Positions 41,623 through 55,469 of a stretch of 64,000 nucleotides of DNA are shown one piece after another. The notes below the pieces were generated by a model, which did not search any database, was not told where the DNA came from, and saw only the letters and a program-made list of their open reading frames with translations. The first letter of the stretch is position 1. Every line of letters begins with the position of its first letter. A program made the translations under genes and the position numbers. This DNA comes from Eledone cirrhosa (lineage: Eukaryota), in NCBI GenBank assembly GCA_964016885.1, contig OZ024749.1, forward strand, positions 9,362,001 to 9,426,000. Reading direction: 5' to 3'.

Positions 41623-42826
41623 AAGAGTAGTGCTATTATTTTATGACTACTTAGAATAAGAAGGACAGTGCCTATGATTTTGTTAATCTTGGAGACTGAT
41701 GAGGAAAAGAAAAGAAAATATTCAATTATCTTCAGACTAGAGACCTTGACTGATGACCTATAGAATGGACTACACACAAGGCAATGTGTGACCAGGTGAT
41801 CGAGATATTAAACTGGGTGACAGATTAAGACAACCACCCAACATCTGTTGGGATTTTTTCACAATAGCCATCAACTCAAATTCACTTACAAGTCTTAAGT
41901 TAACCCAAGTATATGGTAGATAAATCATGCCTAAAGTGTTATATAATCAGATCAAACCTGATACCATGTGATTATGAAACGATCTTCGTAACCACACTGC
42001 TATGTCTGCTTCCATTTAAAGTAGGCATCATATATTTTAATAAAAGCAATTTAACTGAATTAATAGAAAGAATTAAAATACAGAATCTTACAATCTGTTT
42101 TTATTTTTATTTCTCATTTAAATACTTTTCTTCTTTTTTTTAACCCTTCAATTAATTTTTGTGGCCATTGTTCCTAATACTAGTAACTAACTCTAAGTCA
42201 GCTTTTTTCAAAGATTCCTTGAACAGCGCTAACAATTATTTGTATTATTTTTACGCTAATCTAACTGTGTAATATAACAATAGAAGTTCAAATGAAATTA
42301 ATTGAACAATAAAATTAAATTATAGAATATTTATGCATATTGATTTATATTTTAGGGAAAGAAATTAAAAATACAACAAAAATTATTAAAATTATTATCA
42401 TTATTTTATTTATTTATATATTCATTTATTTATTAAGTCTATATTGATTTATTATCTTTACTTCAGAAATGAAAATGAAATACAATTCCTCAATTTGTTT
42501 GCTTTGAATTTAATTCCTTAAGAAAACATTTTCAAACTCAATAGAATTTTATATTTTTATTTTCTATTCTAATTTTTATTCACATTTATATATTTTGTAT
42601 TATGTTCTTGTTGTCATCATCATCATTGTTGTCATAGTTGTTGTAAATCTGAAGAGAGGATTTGATCAAGTTTAACCTTTCAGTCTTTTTCAACAGGGTC
42701 CTTGAAAATAGATTTGTTTATTTATATTATATTTAGCCCAAAAAATAAAAATTATATTTTTCTATAGATTATTAATTTCTATCAAGTGTTAACAATAAAA
42801 TGAGATTTTGATTGCTTCTTTTTCAG

Positions 42827-42901
42827 AAAAGAAATTTCTACAAACCTCACTTGATCAGCATAAAAACAAAAGACTTCGCCTTGAACAGATTCTAGAGTCT
42901 G
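42827..42901 (+). CDS. Putative internal coding exon of host gene ((E)KKFLQTSLDQHKNKRLRLEQILES)
   Basis: Acceptor ttgcttctttttcAG; donor G|GTATGC at 42902; only the phase-1 frame is open, matching the phase-1 end of exon 603-679; joined peptide looks helical/coiled-coil. Confidence 0.65.
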
Positions 42902-43239
42902 GTATGCCATAACTTTATTTTGGATTTCTTTATACCATTTCATATTTGTTGTTGTTATTGATTGATCTATTAAAAGATATAATTGGTATTTACAAAGGTT
43001 TAGATTTCTGTCTGTGTGTCTGTGTAGTTCATATTCCATTTATTTTTGTATTATCTCTGGTGGGGGGGGGGGGGGCAGTGTTAGGGTTGGAGGTTGGGCT
43101 TTGGAGAATAATTTCACTTTGTAAAGATGATAAAAATGTATTTTAACGTAAATTTACATTTTCGTTGGAATCTGCATCATATGTTTTAGTTTCTATTTCT
43201 GTAAAGTTAACCAGCCATGACAGTCTGCAGTTTGGAGTT

Positions 43240-43535
43240 ACTCTACACCACTGCACATCACAATTGCACATTACTGCATTCTACTGTGTATATCTGTACT
43301 CTACTGCACATTACTGCACACTATTGCACATTAGTGCATACTATTGCACACAACTGCACAATAGTATACATTGCTGCACACAACTGAAAAATACTGCACA
43401 TTACTGTACACTACTGTACACTACTGTACATTTCTGTACACTACTGCACATTACTGTACATTGCTGCACATTACTGTGCACTACTGCATATCACTGCACA
43501 TAACTGCACATTAGTCCACACTACTGCACACTACC
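43240..43535. repeat. Degenerate 10-bp repeat (ACTGCACAYT)n
   Basis: Direct inspection. Confidence 0.88.
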
Positions 43536-43619
43536 AGTTCCTATATCACTAATACAAATACATTTGTGTTAGTGATATAAGAACTTCATTTGCCATTCTC
43601 TTCTTCTGTCTTCAACAGC

Positions 43620-44265
43620 ATTCTCCTCCTCCTCTTCCTCCTGCTCCTTCAACCACTACTACCACCACCACTACCACTGCTACTACTACCATTACTACTA
43701 TCCCCACTATGGTTACTACTACTACTACTAGTAGTAGTAGTAGTAGTATTGCTACTATTATTTCTACTACTACTACTTTTTTCTGTTTGTTCTCTAACAT
43801 ATATACTTCTACTACTACTGCTGTTGCTGCTGCTACTACTACTACTACAACTACTACTGCTATAACAATTACTGTTGCTGCTGCTACTGCTATAAATACA
43901 ACTACCAGCACCACCACCACTACAAACACCACCACCACCACTACAAACACCATCACTAAAAACACCATTGCCCACATCACTAAAACCAACACCACCTTCT
44001 CCACCAAAACACCATCATCACCACCACACCTACTACATTCTTCAGGTGTTTTATAATATCAATTCTTTGTGTACATTTACCATAATCAGCTCTGACATGC
44101 AGTCTATGTTACTGTTGCTGTTACTGTTGCTGTTACTGTTGCTGTTACTGTTGCTGTTACTGTTGCTGTTACTGTTGCTGTTACTGTTGCTGTTACTGTT
44201 GTTGTTGTTGTTACTGTTGTTGTTACTGTGGTTACTGTGGTTACTGTTGTTATTGTTGTTGTTCT
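43620..44265. repeat. (ACT/ACC)n low complexity and (GTTACTGTTGCT)n 12-mer
   Basis: Direct inspection. Confidence 0.88.
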
Positions 44266-44579
44266 GATGTTAGTCTATAAAGATCACATTTGCTATGCCT
44301 GTCTGTTTGTGACATCTCTATAACAAATGAAACAGTTTTATACATTAGTCCTTCCCTCTATATATAATTTATTTGCAACCATTCATGTCAACTGTCCTAA
44401 CACATTTTATTGGTTTTCTTTTGATTTGTTTTGTTTTTTAACTTTTTTTTTTAGTTTATTTTTTTTTTAAAACCCTATTTATTAATTCGAGAACTAGTGC
44501 TAAGTTGGTGTGACAAATCATGTTCAGTAGAAATGATACTTAATTATTCCAAACAATCCTCAAATAAGAATATATATAA

Positions 44580-44850
44580 TCATCATCATCACCATTCAAC
44601 GTCCATTTTCCATGCTAGCGTGGGTTAGATGGGTTGTCCTATTTGAGGCAAGTCGAGGTCAGATGACCATGTCTTGCTCATACAGAACAGATTTGGGCTT
44701 GGTTTCTATGGCTGGATGCCCCTCCTAATGTCAACCACATTTACAGTGAGTACTGGGTGCTTTTTGTCATGACACCTACATGACCACTTTACAGTGTGGA
44801 CTGGGTGCTTTTTGTCATGACACTTACATGACCACTTTACAGTGTGGGCT
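44580..44850 (-). mobile_element. SINE family 2-related 3' part
   Basis: (CAT)n then aacgtccattttccatgctagcgtgggttaga and body ctggatgcccctcctaatgtcaaccacatttacagtgag. Confidence 0.75.
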
Positions 44851-44929
44851 GGAGGTTTTGGTGGGAAGGGTGTGTGGGGATTAGGGTGGTGGGTATATGG
44901 GCATGTGGGTGGGGCAGAGTATTAGGATG

Positions 44930-46320
44930 TGGAAGATGTGTGGAAGGGAGTGGAAGTAAAGGTGGTGCATACCAGGTGTATGCTTCGGCCTGTACTCATG
45001 GGAAGGTGGGTCTTCTGTATTACTGCATAATGCCAGAGATCCTGGTCCTGTGTCATCACCTTTGAGAGGTGCAGTTGTACAAGGTCAGCTTTTATAACCT
45101 CATCCCAAGTCTCCCTGGGTCTTCCTATTCCATAGCTTCCATCAACTTTGAGCGTTCTGCATTTTTTTATACAGCTGTCTTCCTTTGTATGCAATCTCCT
45201 TTCCTGTACACTGCATCTGATTCCTCTTATGCCTAGTTTGTCTCTCAGTTCGTTTATGCTTTGCTGTTCATGTATATTACTATTACACATCCATCAAAGC
45301 ATGCAAGCTTCATTTCTTTCCAATAGTCATAAATCCTCTGCACACAGCACCCAGGCCTCACTACCAAGCAGCATTCCTGCTCAAATACATGCGTTGTACA
45401 ATCTGCCTATCATTTTGAGGGAAAAACCTTTTGTAGCTAACAGTGGTAGTAGCTCCCTGAACTTCTTCCATCCCATCCTCACTCTGGCTACTGTACTTTC
45501 AGAACACTCACCTCTGTTGCTAATTAGGTAGCAGAAGCTGTCAACCGCTTCTACTGAACCTTCTCAGAATTTGATAGCACTTGTTTCCTTTGGTCGTTTG
45601 CTACTTACTGCTCCAGTGCAATGGCTACATGTAAAACCTACATTCTTAGCTAAACTACCTGAGATCTCACTACATCGCTTGTGTACTCATAGATTGCACG
45701 TTGGACAGTGGATGGAATTTCTATCTACACCTTTCCTTCACACCGAGGAAAGTCATTTCCTTGAGGGGATCATGAATCTGTTTTCGCTTCTACTTACCTT
45801 AGTCTTTGTCAGGTTGACTTTAAGACCCTTTGTTTCTAGGTCATGCTTCCAGGTTTGGAATTTCTTCTTTAATTCTACCATAGATTCAGCTATGAATTTG
45901 AGATCATCTACATATAGGAGTTCCCATGGGCAGCCAGTCTTAAACTCCTGTTATAGCCTGCAGAGTGATAATAGGAGAGGACTAAGGACAGAGCTCTAAT
46001 GGATGCCAACCTGCACGTTAAATTCTTTGCTATAGTCATTGTTAATCCTAACTTTGCTGACTACTCTCCTAAACATGGCTTGTACAGCCTTCACACCCCC
46101 CCCTCGCCCTCTTCTACTCCTAGTTTTCTAAGAGTCCACTAGATAATGGCATGGTGGACTCTGTCAAAAGCTTTCTTCCTATCAACAAACGCCAGGTTGA
46201 GCAGCTTATTTTTAGCTAGGTACTTCTCCTATAGCTGTTTCACAAAGAAGAGGGCATCTGTGGTGCTTTTACCTGGCACAAATCCAAACTGCATCTCATC
46301 TATTTTAACCCAGTCCCTAA
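44930..46320 (-). mobile_element. RTE-clade LINE fragment (RT to C-terminus), decayed
   Basis: Minus-strand QFGFVPGKSTTDA, KKAFDRV, SVLSPLL, GCPWELLYVDDL, Cys-rich insert, GRPRETW; same family as 3135-3515. Confidence 0.88.
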
Positions 46321-47025
46321 TCTATAACTATTTCTGTTACTTTCATGTATATATATATATATATATATATAACAAAAATAGCCGTCGAAACGGCTTGAGC
46401 TCTGCCGTCGGGGTCTAACATTTTCCTATATATATATAGAGATGACCCCCTTAGCCTTTGTCAAGGCAGAATTCTAGGAGAAGGAAAATTCTGATATAAC
46501 ACCTGCAACCCTGATGGTATCCAATGATGTTGACTTGTTCTTCTTTTTGGTAAATATCATCTTGGTCAAGAGAGTGGGACTGGCTTTGTGCAGTGCCTTT
46601 GCTCACTATAAAAGCTTCACGGCACAGACATTGCTTTATATCTGGAGATCTCTCTGCACTTGTCGTCACATGGTACTATGGGCCCAGCACTATGTGTCAA
46701 TAATTGTCACAAGTGTAGTGTTTGTACCAGAGTTTTCAAGTCGCTGGCTGGACTAAAATGTCACACTCGTTCAGCGCATCGGTAGGAGTTCTCCTACATG
46801 GATATAAAGTAGTGGCCGTACTCGAAAACGAGTTGGCAGCCACCATATATATATATATATATATCATAATCACCATCATCATGGGTTGGATGGGATATTT
46901 TGAGACAATGTTTTATAGCTGGATACTTTTCCTGACACCAATTCTGTTAGTCGCTTCTTATGACATGCTTCGATTTAGTGTATTTTTTCTAAAAACATGG
47001 ATACACACTGCATAATATATGTATA

Positions 47026-47921
47026 CAGTAGAACCATTGTACCAGAAATTTGCTGTAGGAGCCGAGGTTTGTGTAAATTTTTGTCTTGTAGTACGAGAGG
47101 AAATCCGCAGTATGAGTGAGTTTCATATAAGCGACCGCTAGTCATCGCTGAGCTTGCACACACTCTCCCAACAAGCACAGCCTCTGCTCACTCAGTTCAT
47201 GTGTTTATCTCGTTGTGGCAGCATCCCTATTGTGTTTTTCCCAGTGTGGGTTTTTTTAGTTTTGCGCATTTTTTGCTATTATTTTATAATAATTAGTGGA
47301 AGAGTTACTCAGAGAAGGACATTGTAGTGGAGAAGGCTATTTCTACGAGTGACATAAAGGCAGTGTTGGTAAAGTGGCAGGATGTTTCCTAATTTGTAGG
47401 AAAAGTATCTACAGGCTATGCAGTTGTTTTATCTAATGGCACTGCTCTGTCACATTTCCGAAAGGCAGGAAAAAGCAGACCTCTTGAAATGTTTCTAATG
47501 AAACGACCTGCAAGTGTGGAAAGTGAAGAAAGTATGTTCAAAAAGCCTAAATTAAGCGAAGTGAGAGAGAAAACGCCAGAAATTGTTCTTCCTGAAGTCT
47601 TAATGGATGGAGATTCTCCTTCCAAACAATAATCCTCCTCCTAACCACACAAATCTTTAAGGTAATTAAATTAATAAAATCAGTTTACAAATTTCTTTTG
47701 CATTCTCTTTTATTAAGTTTTTATAATTACCATTTTTCTTGTAACAGCACCTTTTCTGTTTTAAAGCCCATAAAAAATGATTTTTGGGTGGTTTTGTGAG
47801 GCTGGAAAGGATTATTTATATTTTAATTAATTTCAGTTGGGAAAATTGATTTGTAAAACGAGTAAATCATAAAACGAGCTTCGTCATGGAATCAATTAAA
47901 CTCTTACTGCACGGTATCACT

Positions 47922-47922
<1 letters not shown>
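47026..47922 (+). mobile_element. Tigger/pogo (Tc1-mariner) deletion derivative
   Basis: TA|CAGTAGAACC start and degenerate GGTATCACT end; internal ALSHFRK...LPEVLMDGDSPSKQ* resembles a Tigger-type transposase C-terminus. Confidence 0.7.
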
Positions 47923-47971
<49 letters not shown>

Positions 47972-47974
47972 AGT

Positions 47975-48530
47975 GATCAATATATAATATGTAATGATTG
48001 TGTGGTTCTATGATTGCTCAATGAAAGAATTAGGGCTAAAAATCAGAGACTTTAGAGTTTTGCACATTGCCAATATCATAGGAAACAATATAACTATTAT
48101 TTTGCAGAGAATAATTTAATTAGGTTTAAAAAACGTATATACAGAATAAGTATTATACTCACTGCCAGTAGTTTTTGACAAGGTCTATATAGTAGCATTT
48201 CATATAGTAAAAATCATCAACATTTACTGTTGATTAACATCAGCAAATGGTGGAGCCAAGAGCTGTAATCATGAATAGACATATTGAAATTTTTAAAAAA
48301 TATTTATTCCTAAAGCACGAGATGTTTGAAAGGATAATAGTGGTAAGTTCTAACACTAGAAATAGTTCACACATAAAATACTGCTTTACCAAGTTGGGAG
48401 CATATATATCAAAATAGATTGATATATACTATATAATGATTGTATGACTCTATGATAAACTAATGAGAGAATTAGGGCTAAAAATCAGAGCTTTGCACAC
48501 TGCCAATATCATAGGAAATCATATAACTAA
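47975..48530. repeat. Diverged ~120 bp direct repeat (47975-48097 vs ~48418-48529)
   Basis: Shared gaattagggctaaaaatcagag...ttgcacaytgccaatatcataggaaa...atataacta. Confidence 0.8.
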
Positions 48531-48692
48531 TGAGTCAAGGTTTTACTGCCCAATGCCCTTCTGGTTTCTAACCCTTTTAATCACCTCTTGCAACATAGAG
48601 GAACATGGGGTACCTATTCTAAACCAGGTGCACACAGTCTGTTTGCCAACTAAATACAACTAGGAAATAATTAATATTACTTTTAGCAATAA

Positions 48693-48939
48693 CTAGCAGA
48701 ATGGCCTGGCGTTGCTCAGGATTCTAAACATAGATTGGCATGTTTATCCCTCCTTTCTGAAACTGTACGGAATACCTCGACCTCGGGATGGTGCCTACAT
48801 TTTGTGCTTATAAAAAAAATTTGTCATAGATTACCAGGGTTCTTTTCCGTGCGAAGAAAATCAATACTTTATCACTAAAATAAATACTTTTGTTTATATT
48901 TTGTTATTGTGTATGCAAAAATATCTGTACACGAATATA

Positions 48940-48970
<31 letters not shown>

Positions 48971-49075
48971 TCAGGTTTTAAGGTTCACCACTGGATAGAG
49001 CTGGTCAATTCCGTATGGTCAATCTTAATGTAATAATATGGAGAGTACTCAACGTAAAGCAGTTCAACCGTCTTC

Positions 49076-49124
<49 letters not shown>

Positions 49125-49724
49125 TAACAGATTAAATTTTAAGCAAAGAATCGCTGCTTTCACCCTTAACGGGATCTTCTGAAACTAAAAAAATCATTCT
49201 GTGAACGCAGAAGTAAATATTTCGAAAAACGTTACACACTATATATATATATATACACACTATATATATACATATATACACACACACACATATAGCGTCA
49301 TAATGTCGTAATGCAGACATACAGACAGATATTATAAGGGCGCAACAGTTATGTCCCTTTACGATCTGAGTTCAAATCCCGCCGAGGTTGACTTTGCCTT
49401 TCATCCTTACGGGGTCGATAAAATAAAGTACCAGTAATGCACTGGGTAATTGCTGGCCTTGTGCCTAAAGTAGAAACAATTATAAGGGCGCAACGTTATA
49501 TCTATGTATCTATCTAAAAAGAGAGACTAACAATTATAGAGAGAGATCGCTAAATCGCCTAATGCGGTCCCTAGGGCATTGAAAATGTGAAATATCTTTT
49601 GCTCAAAACACTCACAGGATCATAAGTATTACATGTGTAAAGTTTGAAAACAATTGGTTGGGTGGTTCTCGAGTTTTAGGGAGTCAGACAGACAGACAGA
49701 CATTCTCTGTTTTAAATATATAGA
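48693..49724 (-). mobile_element. Non-autonomous Helitron
   Basis: Minus strand starts A|TCTATATATT, has a (CTGT)n tract, and ends with hairpin cctgagcaacgccagg about 10 nt before CTAG|T; no TSD. Confidence 0.75.
49347..49478 (+). mobile_element. 5'-truncated SINE family 1 with 16-bp target-site duplication
   Basis: ATTATAAGGGCGCAAC at 49331-49346 and 49479-49494. Confidence 0.9.
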
Positions 49725-50208
49725 TGAACAATAAAGAAAGAAAGCATTTTTTAACTTTTGTTTTTTAATGTTTTAAATTATTTAATTATTTTATAAAATT
49801 ATTTTTTAATAGAGAATTTTGTGATGTAAATATATGAAGCAAAAGGAAGTAAAACATGCGATCTCTCACATTTTTATATCCTTTTATGTTCTATATCTCC
49901 ATAAAAACACTGTTTACCAAAAAAAAAAATACAAACATATTTTTTATGGTTCAATTCTACTTTATGCATGACTTATAAAAGAAATCAAATTTAATAATGT
50001 TGATGCTTTTGTCACATTATTCAACCCTTTCTCTTTCTTCTGCTAATAGTTATTTCAAGGTTAGACATAATTTAAGTTTTATAGTAAACCTAAAATAAAA
50101 ATAAAAATTGAATAGTTCAATGTCCTAAAGTTTATATAAAGGGGCTTTACAGCAACAGCTGCAATATAGCTCTGGGGTAAAGATGTTTGTTTTGCAACTA
50201 ACTACCAT

Positions 50209-50209
<1 letters not shown>

Positions 50210-50284
<75 letters not shown>

Positions 50285-50640
50285 AACGAAACGTCTGTTG
50301 TGAGATCTGCGATGCTGCATGATAGTGAGACAACGGCAGCAACTGCAGAGGATATGTGAAGGCTGGAGAGAAAGGAAGCAAGCATGCTCTGATGGATGTC
50401 CAATGTCAATGTGCGTGAACGATCAAGCATGGACGAGTTGAGAGAGAAACTGTGTTTAAGAGGAATAAACTGTAGTGTGCAGGGGAGAAGACTATGTTGG
50501 TATGGGCCATGTGATGCACATGAATGATGACTGTAGGGTGAAGAATGCCAAGTAAACCCAATGGAAGAAAGACGCAGTAGAGGAAGACCAACGGAAAACA
50601 TGGGCAGAGGTGGTAAGAGGATAGGATCGAATATGCCAGT
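50210..50640 (+). mobile_element. (CT)n tract followed by decayed RTE 3' fragment
   Basis: Homologous to 57080-57330 and 3135-3461 (RRLCWYGP...GRPTENMG). Confidence 0.75.
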
Positions 50641-50767
50641 ATGTGTAGCAGCAGTATGTATGTATGTATGGGCCCATAACTCCAGATAGAGTATTTGAGG
50701 TGCTGTAGTGACATACAGCATATCTTGGGCATTTAAACCTGTCGGAGCCCATCCATTTTCCATTTGT

Positions 50768-53700
50768 ATATGTAGTACCAGCACTATCTAACCACAAATA
50801 TAGTAATTGTTAGTGTCCAGGATGTTTCTATATGTAGTACCAGCACTATCTAACCACAAATATAGTAATTGTTAGTGTCCAGGATGTTTCTATATGTAGT
50901 ACCAGCACTATCTAACCACAAATATAGTAATTGTTAGTGTCCAGGATGTTTCTATATGTAGTACCAGCACTATCTAACAACAACTATAGTAATTGTTAGT
51001 GTCCAGGATGTTTCTATATGTAGTACCAGCACTATCTAACCACAAATATAGTAATTGTTAGTGTCCAGGATGTTTCTATATGTAGTACCAGCACTATCTA
51101 ACCACAAATATAGTAATTGTTAGTGTCCAGCATGTTTCTATATGTAGTACCAGCACTATCTAACAACAACTATAGTAATTGTTAGTGTCCAGGATGTTTC
51201 TATATGTAGTACCAGCACTATCTAACAACAACTATAGTAATTGTTAGTGTCCAGGATGTTTCTATATGTAGTACCAGCACTATCTAACAACAACTATAGT
51301 AATTGTTAGTGTCCAGGATGTTTCTATATGTAGTACCAGCACTATCTAACAACAACTATAGTAATTGTTAGTGTCCAGGATGTTTCTATATGTAGTACCA
51401 GCACTATCTAACAACAACTATAGTAATTGTTAGTGTCCAGGATGTTTCTATATGTAGTACCAGCACTATCTAACCACAAATATAGTAATTGTTAGTGTCC
51501 AGGATGTTTCTATATGTAGTACCAGCACTATCTAACAACAAATATAGTAATTGTTAGTGTCCAGGATGTTTCTATATGTAGTACCAGCACTATCTAACAA
51601 CAACTATAGTAATTGTTAGTGTCCAGGATGTTTCTATATGTAGTACCAGCACTATCTAACCACAGATATAGTAATTGTTAGTGTCCAGGATGTTTCTATA
51701 TGTAGTACCAGCACTATCTAACAACAAATATAGTAATTGTTAGTGTCCAGGATGTTTCTATATGTAGTACCAGCACTATCTAACAACAGATATAGTAATT
51801 GTTAGTGTCCAGGATGTTTCTATATGTAGTACCAGCACTATCTAACCACAAATATAGTAATTGTTAGTGTCCAGGATGTTTCTATATGTAGTACCAGCAC
51901 TATCTAACCACAAATATAGTAATTGTTAGTGTCCAGGATGTTTCTATATGTAGTACCAGCACTATCTAACAACAAATATAGTAATTGTTAGTGTCCAGGA
52001 TGTTTCTATATGTAGTACCAGCACTATCTAACCACAAATATAGTAATTGTTAGTGTCCAGGATGTTTCTATATGTAGTACCAGCACTATCTAACAACAAA
52101 TATAGTAATTGTTAGTGTCCAGGATGTTTCTATATGTAGTACCAGCACTATCTAACCACAAATATAGTAATTGTTAGTGTCCAGGATGTTTCTATATGTA
52201 GTACCAGCACTATCTAACCACAAATATAGTAATTGTTAGTGTCCAGCATGTTTCTATATGTAGTACCAGCACTATCTAACAACAACTATAGTAATTGTTA
52301 GTGTCCAGGATGTTTCTATATGTAGTACCAGCACTATCTAACAACAACTATAGTAATTGTTAGTGTCCAGGATGTTTCTATATGTAGTACCAGCACTATC
52401 TAACAACAACTATAGTAATTGTTAGTGTCCAGGATGTTTCTATATGTAGTACCAGCACTATCTAACAACAACTATAGTAATTGTTAGTGTCCAGGATGTT
52501 TCTATATGTAGTACCAGCACTATCTAACAACAACTATAGTAATTGTTAGTGTCCAGGATGTTTCTATATGTAGTACCAGCACTATCTAACCACAAATATA
52601 GTAATTGTTAGTGTCCAGGATGTTTCTATATGTAGTACCAGCACTATCTAACAACAAATATAGTAATTGTTAGTGTCCAGGATGTTTCTATATGTAGTAC
52701 CAGCACTATCTAACAACAACTATAGTAATTGTTAGTGTCCAGGATGTTTCTATATGTAGTACCAGCACTATCTAACCACAGATATAGTAATTGTTAGTGT
52801 CCAGGATGTTTCTATATGTAGTACCAGCACTATCTAACAACAAATATAGTAATTGTTAGTGTCCAGGATGTTTCTATATGTAGTACCAGCACTATCTAAC
52901 AACAGATATAGTAATTGTTAGTGTCCAGGATGTTTCTATATGTAGTACCAGCACTATCTAACCACAAATATAGTAATTGTTAGTGTCCAGGATGTTTCTA
53001 TATGTAGTACCAGCACTATCTAACCACAAATATAGTAATTGTTAGTGTCCAGGATGTTTCTATATGTAGTACCAGCACTATCTAACAACAAATATAGTAA
53101 TTGTTAGTGTCCAGGATGTTTCTATATGTAGTACCAGCACTATCTAACCACAAATATAGTAATTGTTAGTGTCCAGGATGTTTCTATATGTAGTACCAGC
53201 ACTATCTAACAACAAATATAGTAATTGTTAGTGTCCAGGATGTTTCTATATGTAGTACCAGCACTATCTAACAACAGATATAGTAATTGTTAGTGTCCAG
53301 GATGTTTCTATATGTAGTACCAGCACTATCTAACCACAAATATAGTAATTGTTAGTGTCCAGGATGTTTCTATATGTAGTACCAGCACTATCTAACCACA
53401 AATATAGTAATTGTTAGTGTCCAGGATGTTTCTATATGTAGTACCAGCACTATCTAACAACAAATATAGTAATTGTTAGTATCCAGGATGTTTCTATATG
53501 TAGTACCAGCACTATCTAACCACAAATATAGTAATTGTTAGTGTCCAGGATGTTTCTATATGTAGTACCAGCACTATCTAACCACAAATATAGTAATTGT
53601 TAGTGTCCAGCATGTTTCTATATGTAGTACCAGCACTATCTAACAACAACTATAGTAATTGTTAGTGTCCAGGATGTTTCTATATGTAGTACCAGCACTA

Positions 53701-54918
53701 TCTAACAACAACTATAGTAATTGTTAGTGTCCAGGATGTTTCTATATGTAGTACCAGCACTATCTAACAACAACTATAGTAATTGTTAGTGTCCAGGATG
53801 TTTCTATATGTAGTACCAGCACTATCTAACAACAACTATAGTAATTGTTAGTGTCCAGGATGTTTCTATATGTAGTACCAGCACTATCTAACAACAACTA
53901 TAGTAATTGTTAGTGTCCAGGATGTTTCTATATGTAGTACCAGCACTATCTAACCACAAATATAGTAATTGTTAGTGTCCAGGATGTTTCTATATGTAGT
54001 ACCAGCACTATCTAACAACAAATATAGTAATTGTTAGTGTCCAGGATGTTTCTATATGTAGTACCAGCACTATCTAACAACAACTATAGTAATTGTTAGT
54101 GTCCAGGATGTTTCTTTATGTAGTACCAGCACTATCTAACCACAGATATAGTAATTGTTAGTGTCCAGGATGTTTCTATATGTAGTACCAGCACTATCTA
54201 ACAACAAATATAGTAATTGTTAGTGTCCAGGATGTTTCTATATGTAGTACCAGCACTATCTAACAACAGATATAGTAATTGTTAGTGTCCAGGATGTTTC
54301 TATATGTAGTACCAGCACTATCTAACCACAAATATAGTAATTGTTAGTGTCCAGGATGTTTCTATATGTAGTACCAGCACTATCTAACCACAAATATAGT
54401 AATTGTTAGTGTCCAGGATGTTTCTATATGTAGTACCAGCACTATCTAACAACAAATATAGTAATTGTTAGTGTCCAGGATGTTTCTATATGTAGTACCA
54501 GCACTATCTAACCACAAATATAGTAATTGTTAGTGTCCAGGATGTTTCTATATGTAGTACCAGCACTATCTAACAACAAATATAGTAATTGTTAGTGTCC
54601 AGGATGTTTCTATATGTAGTACCAGCACTATCTAACAACAGATATAGTAATTGTTAGTGTCCAGGATGTTTCTATATGTAGTACCAGCACTATCTAACCA
54701 CAAATATAGTAATTGTTAGTGTCCAGGATGTTTCTATATGTAGTACCAGCACTATCTAACAACAAATATAGTAATTGTTAGTGTCCAGGATGTTTCTATA
54801 TGTAGTACCAGCACTATCTAACCACAAATATAGTAATTGTTAGTGTCCAGGATGTTTCTATATGTAGTACCAGCACTATCTAACCACAAATATAGTAATT
54901 GTTAGTGTCCAGGATGTT
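50768..54918. repeat. 62-bp minisatellite, ~67 near-identical copies (TATATGTAGTACCAGCACTATCTAACMACAAATATAGTAATTGTTAGTGTCCAGGATGTTTC)
   Basis: Direct inspection. Confidence 0.98.
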
Positions 54919-55034
54919 AGCACTATCTAACAACAAATATAATTGTTTCTGAATCCTGAAGGAATTCTTTATATAAAGATTATAATGAAACAACACAGAT
55001 TCAAGTTAATTTCATGAAGTTGATGAAAAATCAC

Positions 55035-55360
55035 TCTTCTTCTTCTTTTCCTTCTTTTCCTTCTTTTCCTTCTTTTCCTTCTTTTCCTTCTTCTTCTTCT
55101 TTTTTTCCTCCTTCTTTTCCTTCTTCTTCTTCTTTTCATTCTTCTTCTTCTTCTTCTTTTCCTTCTTCTTTTTCTTCTTCTTCTTTTCCCTCTTCTTTTC
55201 CTTCTTCTTCTTCTTTTCCTTCTACTTCTTTTCCCTCTTCTTCTTTTCCTACTTCTTCTTCTTCTTTTCCCTCTTCTTCTTTTCCTTCTTCTTCTTTTCC
55301 TTCTTCTTTTCCTTCTTTTCCTCCTTTTCCTTATTCTTCTTCTTCTTCTTCTTCTTCTTG
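55035..55360. repeat. Polypyrimidine (TTC/TTCTTTTCC)n tract
   Basis: Direct inspection; abuts a probable RTE 3' end on the - strand, so may be an expanded (GAA)n tail. Confidence 0.92.
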
Positions 55361-55469
55361 AGGGGACCATGAGGAGCAGGGTCCTCAAACACTTTTTCCA
55401 GTAGGTCCTGTCAAAAAAATTACTAAATATAAAAAATACAAAATGTAAGAAAGTCCATGTTCCTAAAAG

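Noticed and set aside
50050-50059. Possible 10-bp micro-exon after a polypyrimidine tract
   Set aside because: Weak donor (GTTAGA) and too short to support.
31422-54918. Arrays at 31.4-41.0 kb and 50.8-54.9 kb as CRISPR arrays or repeat proteins
   Set aside because: No unique spacers, no cas genes, eukaryotic context; 38-bp units break the reading frames.
54969-55388. Arg/Lys-rich protamine-like ORF
   Set aside because: Translation of a (GAA/GGAAAAGAA)n simple repeat next to a LINE end.
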